From Pseudomonadota bacterium (GTDB lineage Bacteria > Myxococcota_A > UBA9042 > CAIXZC01), in assembly GCA_043815665.1 (NCBI GenBank), contig JBDRIT010000002.1, forward strand, positions 19,208 through 83,207: a DNA stretch of 64,000 bases. The letters run 5' to 3'. The translations under genes were made by a program, and so were the position numbers. Under the pieces are notes generated by a model that saw only the letters and a list, made by a program, of their open reading frames with translations, had not been told where the DNA came from and did not search any database. Numbering within the stretch: position 1 is the first letter of the stretch; each line of letters begins with the position of its first letter. Below are positions 59,093 to 64,000 of the stretch, in pieces.

Positions 59093-60523
59093 TCAGGCGC
59101 TCGCACCCCAATCGTCCTTCCCCGCGAGGAAGGCGCCGGCGAGGGGCATCACGGCGCGCACCTGGCGGCACATCTCCGCCGCCAGCGCGCGGATGTCCCA
59201 CTGCGCGTGGGCATCCATCCGGAGGCGGGAGAGGTGAACGAGCTCCCGGAGGTGGCAGGAGAACAGGACGCGGCGCCGGTGCGCGTTGGTCAGCGCGTAG
59301 GCCGCGTGCGCCGGGCTGACCTCGGAAACGATGCGGCGGTAGAGCTCCTCCGCGGCGGCAGCGGAGTCCTGGAGGATTCCCCGGGCGCCGGCATCCGCGA
59401 GGTGGGGTGGCGTGGTGATCCCCAATCCAGGGTCATAGGGGCCCGGGATCACCGTGGCGATGCGGTGGCGCTTGAGCTGGGCGAAGCAGGAGGCGGAGCA
59501 CACGAGATCGAAGTCCAGACGCACCATCTCGAAGCCACGGGGCATGGGATCGTGCATCCCCGTCCGCCCCCGGAGATCCACGAGGAGGTCCCCGGCGATC
59601 CCGGGATCCGCCCGCACCGCGGTCAGCGCGCCCCCGTAGGAGCCGCCCACCCGCTCGACGAGGCAGGCCGCCGCCACCTGCAGGTCTCCATCCGCCGGCG
59701 GGTCGACGAGGCGCACCGCCTCCGCAGGACCGGCGCCACCGGTGGCCGGGCCCGACGCCGTGCCGCGCTTCCAGGCCTCCACGGGGGTCGCGTCGGTGTA
59801 GCGGATCAGGGAAGGGGCGATCCGTCGGACCTCCTGGACCAGCGCCGTCGCCACGCCACGGACCTCGGCGAGGGGGCTGGCCATCATCCGCCGGGAAGCG
59901 GCCTCCACGGCGCGGGCGTTGAGGGTCATGCCGAGCTGTCCCGTCGCCGCCAGGGTGGCCGCGTAGCGTGCGTCCTCCCGGATCCGCTCCCGGCGCCGGC
60001 GACGCCAGGCGGTGCGCTCCTCGGGATCGTCGGGTACGGGATCCAACGCCCGCCAGTAGTCACGAAGCCGCTCCACGATGGCCCCGTGGGCGGAGAGGCT
60101 CCCCCGGACACCTTCGGCGAAGGCCCGCCGGAGCGCCTCGGGCAGCTCCTCGGGGACCACGTAGTCCTCCCCGAGTCGGACGTAGCGCTGACTCTTCTCG
60201 GTGTACGACGCGATCCGCTGGGCCTCGAGCTCCTCGATGGCCAGCCGGGAGATGCCCTTGACGTCCACGTTGAACACTGCGTGCTCCGCGATGGACGCGT
60301 GGCCCTGCTCGAAGACGATGGCTTCGTTGGAGGTCCGGGACCTGTCCACGTCCTCCACGGATCTCCGGCGCAGCTCGTCCACGTCGACGTCGTGCTTCGA
60401 GATGCGCGCATAGGCCGCAGACAGGGTCTCCGGCGTGAGCACCGCGCCGACGGCGCGTCCGGCGTCCGCGACCTTCGCCAGCTCGTCCACGTCGACGTTG
60501 TATCCCGCCACCCGAATGTACAT
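59093..60523 (-). CDS. thyX: FAD-dependent thymidylate synthase, tandem-duplicated ThyX
   Basis: Start at ATG 60523, with GGAGG 6 nt upstream. First half: GHASIAEHAVFNVDVKGISR...YTEKSQRY. Second half: CFAQLKRHRIAT...HLRELVHLSRLR...AQWDIR. Confidence 0.75.
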   Translation of the reverse strand: MYIRVAGYNVDVDELAKVADAGRAVGAVLTPETLSAAYARISKHDVDVDELRRRSVEDVDRSRTSNEAIVFEQGHASIAEHAVFNVDVKGISRLAIEELEAQRIASYTEKSQRYVRLGEDYVVPEELPEALRRAFAEGVRGSLSAHGAIVERLRDYWRALDPVPDDPEERTAWRRRRRERIREDARYAATLAATGQLGMTLNARAVEAASRRMMASPLAEVRGVATALVQEVRRIAPSLIRYTDATPVEAWKRGTASGPATGGAGPAEAVRLVDPPADGDLQVAAACLVERVGGSYGGALTAVRADPGIAGDLLVDLRGRTGMHDPMPRGFEMVRLDFDLVCSASCFAQLKRHRIATVIPGPYDPGLGITTPPHLADAGARGILQDSAAAAEELYRRIVSEVSPAHAAYALTNAHRRRVLFSCHLRELVHLSRLRMDAHAQWDIRALAAEMCRQVRAVMPLAGAFLAGKDDWGASA

Positions 60524-60617
60524 GTGGGCCTCCGCGTCAGACCGCATCCTCCGCAACGCCTTTTCGGTTGTCAAGGCGTCCTGTGGTCGAGTAATGTCCG
60601 CCGATTGGGAGTGAGCA

Positions 60618-61640
60618 GTGGAAGACCTTGTCCAGCGGATTCAGCTTGGGTTCGGCGTCGGACCGCTGACCAGTGTCGCCCTGGCGGGAGCCGTCGCCGT
60701 CGCCGCCTGCCTGCTCCTCCCGCGCCTCCCCTGGTTCCGGGAGCTGTCCAGCGCGGCGCCTGGGAACAATCCCTGCCATTCCTCCGGGAGAAAATCCAAG
60801 ATCGGGGGCATCGCGGTGGTCGGCGGAGCGCTCCTGGTCGCCACCCTGGTCTCAGGCACGGCGTCCCCCTGGCGCGCACTCCCGATCTATCTTGGCGGGC
60901 TCTTCCTCATCGGGCTCCTTGACGACCTCCAGCCCCTCACCCCCGGTTGGAAGATCATCCTCCAGGTCCCCATGGCGCTCTTCGTGGTCCTGTCGATTCC
61001 GCGGGAGGGATGGGTCCACCTCGGGCTCCCATGGGTGTTCCTGCAGGTCGCCTGGATCGTCGTGATGACCAACGCGTTCAACATCGTCGACGTCGCGGAC
61101 GGCCTCCTCGCCGGCCTCGCGCTGCCCGTGCTCGCGCTCATGGGCGGGGTGCACCTCGTCATCGGGGCGCCCGATGTGGCGATCCTGTGCCTCGCGTTTA
61201 CCGGGGCGCTCCTGGGGTTCCTGGTCTTCAACGCCTCTCCGGGCGGGGTGATACTCGGCGACAGCGGGAGCCTGCCGATCGGTGGCCTCGTCTCGTTCCT
61301 GGTGCTCCTGATCCCTTCGAGCCCCGCGGATGCTCCCACCCCGCTGTTGGCCCTCCCCCTGACCGGGGTCGTGGCCCTGGAGGTCCTCTGGGTCTCGGTG
61401 CGGCGGATCCGTCGAGGGATTCCCCCGTGGAGGGGCAGCCCCCACCACCTGATCTACTGGATCATCGAGCGCGGCGTGCCGCTGCCCCTGGCGGTGGTGC
61501 TCCTGGTCTCGGCACAGATCCTGCTGCTGCTCCCCTTCGCCGCGATCATGGAGACCTGGTCGTGGCTGATCCCTGCCGGCGCCACGCTCCTGATTCTCAT
61601 CGCAGCCCCGTTCCTCCGTCGCGCCCGGGACGCCGGGTAG
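60618..61640 (+). CDS. polyprenyl-phosphate N-acetylhexosamine-1-phosphate transferase (MraY/WecA, GT4 family)
   Basis: GTG start with GGGAG upstream. About 10 TM helices. GLLDDLQPL, MTNAFNIVDVADGL, VILGDSGSLPIGG. Confidence 0.75.
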   Translation: MEDLVQRIQLGFGVGPLTSVALAGAVAVAACLLLPRLPWFRELSSAAPGNNPCHSSGRKSKIGGIAVVGGALLVATLVSGTASPWRALPIYLGGLFLIGLLDDLQPLTPGWKIILQVPMALFVVLSIPREGWVHLGLPWVFLQVAWIVVMTNAFNIVDVADGLLAGLALPVLALMGGVHLVIGAPDVAILCLAFTGALLGFLVFNASPGGVILGDSGSLPIGGLVSFLVLLIPSSPADAPTPLLALPLTGVVALEVLWVSVRRIRRGIPPWRGSPHHLIYWIIERGVPLPLAVVLLVSAQILLLLPFAAIMETWSWLIPAGATLLILIAAPFLRRARDAG

Positions 61641-62772
61641 ACAGCGGGCTCTCCCAGGTCTCGACGCGATCGCCGCGCAGCACCCGCCACGTGGCCTGAA
61701 GACCGGCCAGGTGCATGACGACGAAGTAGAGGGGGAAGCGGGTCGCCGGGATCCGCACGCCGGCCCGCTCCGAAACGCGCCCGAGGAGGGCCGCCCCGTA
61801 GAAGAGCCCCTGCGCGCCCAGGAGCCAGAGGTAGATCCCCCCTCTCGCCAGGACCAGCGCGACGGTCAGGGCCAGGATCTCCAGCAACGCCACACCGGTG
61901 AGCCACCGCAGGATCTTGTGCAGGAAGAACTGGAGCTTGAGCACCCCGGGGGCGAGGCGGATCATCTCCCCGACGTGGGAGAGTCCCCGGATGGCCATCC
62001 TCACCTTCCTGTCGAACTCCTCCTCGTTGGAGTCCGACAGGTACTCCAGGGCGACCGCCCCGGGGTGGAAGACGGTCCTGAAGCCGGCCCGGGCCACGGC
62101 GAGGGGGATCTGGAGATCGTTGGCGAGCCCGGGCAGCAGCTCCGGCACGAGTCCCCGGCGGACCGCGAGGATGGCGCCGTTTCCCACCACCATGCTGCCG
62201 CACGCGCTCTCCTTGCGCTTGACGAGATCCTCGTAGCGCCAGTAGGCACCCTCGAGGGTCCTCCCGCCGGCGTGGAAGCGGAGCTGTCCGACGACGCACC
62301 CCACCCGGGGATCACGCAGGGGCTCAACGATGCGGGTGAGCGCGTCGGGTTCGTACATGGGGTTGGCATCGGAGAAGACGACGATGCCCTCCCGGACATC
62401 CTCGAGGGCGCGGTTCAGCGCGCGGTTCTTCCCGCCGCGACCGACCCGGACATGAGCGATCCTGCCCGGATGCGCCTCCGCTGCGCGCCGACACACCTCC
62501 TCGCTGCCGTCCTGGGAGCCATCGTCTGCGAGCAGGATCATCGGCGGCGGGGCGCCCTCCAGCGCGAGGGCGTTCCCGATCTTCTCATCAATGACCGTGG
62601 CCTCGTCATGGAGGGAGACCACCAGCGTGACCGGCCCGGTCACCCCGCCCCCTGCAACCGTGGGCCTGGGACGCAGCGACGCCACGACGCTGAGGATCAC
62701 GGGGTATCCGACGTAGGCCAACCCGAGGAGGGCGACATCGAGCCAGAGGAGCATTTCCAGGATCAGCCACAT
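61597..62772 (-). CDS. family 2 glycosyltransferase (membrane-associated, processive-type layout)
   Basis: Start at ATG 62772. N-terminal TM helix, LLADDGSQDGS, VVFSDANPMYEPD, GQLRF, then C-terminal TM helices. Confidence 0.7.
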   Translation of the reverse strand: MWLILEMLLWLDVALLGLAYVGYPVILSVVASLRPRPTVAGGGVTGPVTLVVSLHDEATVIDEKIGNALALEGAPPPMILLADDGSQDGSEEVCRRAAEAHPGRIAHVRVGRGGKNRALNRALEDVREGIVVFSDANPMYEPDALTRIVEPLRDPRVGCVVGQLRFHAGGRTLEGAYWRYEDLVKRKESACGSMVVGNGAILAVRRGLVPELLPGLANDLQIPLAVARAGFRTVFHPGAVALEYLSDSNEEEFDRKVRMAIRGLSHVGEMIRLAPGVLKLQFFLHKILRWLTGVALLEILALTVALVLARGGIYLWLLGAQGLFYGAALLGRVSERAGVRIPATRFPLYFVVMHLAGLQATWRVLRGDRVETWESPLSTRRPGRDGGTGLR

Positions 62773-62876
62773 GGCGAGAGTATGCGGGAATCGGGTCGGA
62801 GGAGGAAGTCCTGTGTCCTTGAGCCGGTGTCGGGCGCGTGGTACAACGCGTGGTGCAAATGAACTTGGAGGATCAG

Positions 62877-64000
62877 ATGGATATTCGCAAGGTCGTGTTG
62901 GAGCGCTTTCTGCGGTACGTACAGATCGACACCGGTTCCGACGAGGCCGCAACGGACAAGGCCCCGAGCACGGTGCGTCAGTACGATCTTTTGAACCTGC
63001 TGCGGGACGAACTCAAGGCCCTGGGCCTCGAGGATGTCTCCATCAACGACGGCGGGGTCCTCACGGCGTTCCTGCCCGGCAACGTGCCGGCCGCTCCGCT
63101 GGTGGCCCTCATCGCCCACGTGGACACCTATCCCGGCACGGCAAACGAGGGCGTGAAGCCCATGGTCCATGAGGCCTACCCCGGCGGCGACATCGCGCTG
63201 CCCGGCGCGCCCGGGGACGTGATCCCCACCGCACAGAACCCGGGGCTCGCTGCCTACGTGGGGCGCACCCTCATCACGTCGGACGGCAGCACGCTGCTGG
63301 GCGCGGACGACAAGGCCGGGATCGCCGAGATCATGACGGCCCTGGGGGTCATGATGGAGGAGCCCGGTCGCCCCCGAGGCCCCCTCAAGATCGCGTTCAC
63401 CCCCGATGAGGAGATCGGACGGGGCACGGAGAACTTCCCGCCCCTGGACCAGTTCGGAGCGGTGGCCGCCTACACCCTCGATGGTGGCCCCGCGGGCGAG
63501 GTGGAGAACGAGACGTTCTGCGCGGACACGGCCATCGTCACGGTCAAGGGCAAGGACGTCCATCCGGGGTATGCGAAGGGCAAGATGATCAACGCGGTGC
63601 GCGCCGCATCGCACCTGATCTCCCTTCTGCCCCAGGACAAGCTCCCCGAGACCACCGAGAAGCGGGAGGCCTACCTCCACCCCCTCGGGATCACGGGGGA
63701 CGTGAACGGCACCACGGTCACCTTCATCGTCCGTGACTTCGAGATGGCCGGCCTGAAGATCCTCGAGGACCTCCTCGACGGTCTCGCGAGGGAGACCGAG
63801 GCAGCGTTCCCGGGGCTCACCATCGCGACGGAGATCAAGCACTCCTACAAGAACATGCGGTACTTCCTGGACACGGACCCCCGGGTGATGGAGTTTGCCC
63901 TCGCCGCGGTGCGGGACATCGGGCTCGAGCCCGTGGTCGAGCCCATCCGCGGCGGAACCGATGGATCTCGGTTGAGCGAGATGGGCCTGCCGACGCCGAA
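62877..64000 (+). CDS. pepT: peptidase T (tripeptide aminopeptidase, M20B), 3'-truncated by window edge
   Basis: Not in the ORF track because no stop falls within the window. MDIRKVVLERFLRYVQIDTGSDE...APSTVRQYDL...LIAHVDT...LGADDKAG...IRGGTDGSRLSEMGLPTPN, read in frame from ATG 62877. GGAGGA SD. Confidence 0.85.
   Translation, partial: MDIRKVVLERFLRYVQIDTGSDEAATDKAPSTVRQYDLLNLLRDELKALGLEDVSINDGGVLTAFLPGNVPAAPLVALIAHVDTYPGTANEGVKPMVHEAYPGGDIALPGAPGDVIPTAQNPGLAAYVGRTLITSDGSTLLGADDKAGIAEIMTALGVMMEEPGRPRGPLKIAFTPDEEIGRGTENFPPLDQFGAVAAYTLDGGPAGEVENETFCADTAIVTVKGKDVHPGYAKGKMINAVRAASHLISLLPQDKLPETTEKREAYLHPLGITGDVNGTTVTFIVRDFEMAGLKILEDLLDGLARETEAAFPGLTIATEIKHSYKNMRYFLDTDPRVMEFALAAVRDIGLEPVVEPIRGGTDGSRLSEMGLPTP

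Overview
GC-rich bacterial chromosomal segment from a diderm. BamA, Skp, OmpA-type proteins and Lgt are present. A MYXO-CTERM-like tag, Myxococcus-type Cys-rich repeats and a sigma54 enhancer-binding protein suggest a Myxococcota-like (deltaproteobacterial) lineage; this is inference only. I support about 45 CDS and three tRNAs: Pro-UGG, Val-GAC and Pro-GGG.

Recognisable core genes:
- apt and uvrA
- a PGI/PMI isomerase
- the ftsH-folP-cdaA-cdaR-glmM operon
- bamA-skp
- infC-rpmI-rplT-ihfA
- an lgt fusion, tandem thyX and pepT (partial)

No transposase, integrase, CRISPR array or recognisable defence gene was seen.

The unusual content is envelope and regulatory:
1. A perfect sigma54 promoter drives a ~210-nt structured, terminator-capped non-coding RNA or leader. 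It lies next to an orphan NtrC-type activator.
2. An 1838-aa ORF joins a complete adhesin-like protein, including its C-terminal sorting tag, in frame to a complete OmpA-family protein.
3. A tightly coupled minus-strand cluster is built around a MacB/FtsX-type ABC transporter. Its periplasmic domain carries a ~210-aa insert with 30 cysteines.
4. Two intramembrane pseudoproteases have lost their catalytic residues, one rhomboid-like and one S2P/M50-like.
5. Lgt is fused to extra TM helices and a Gly/Tyr-rich beta domain.
6. A 666-aa orphan protein carries a kinase-like catalytic loop.
7. Several intergenic repeat structures are present.

Many long ORFs in the supplied track are antisense or off-frame artefacts of the GC-rich DNA and were rejected. 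All function calls rest on motifs read by eye. No database search was possible.
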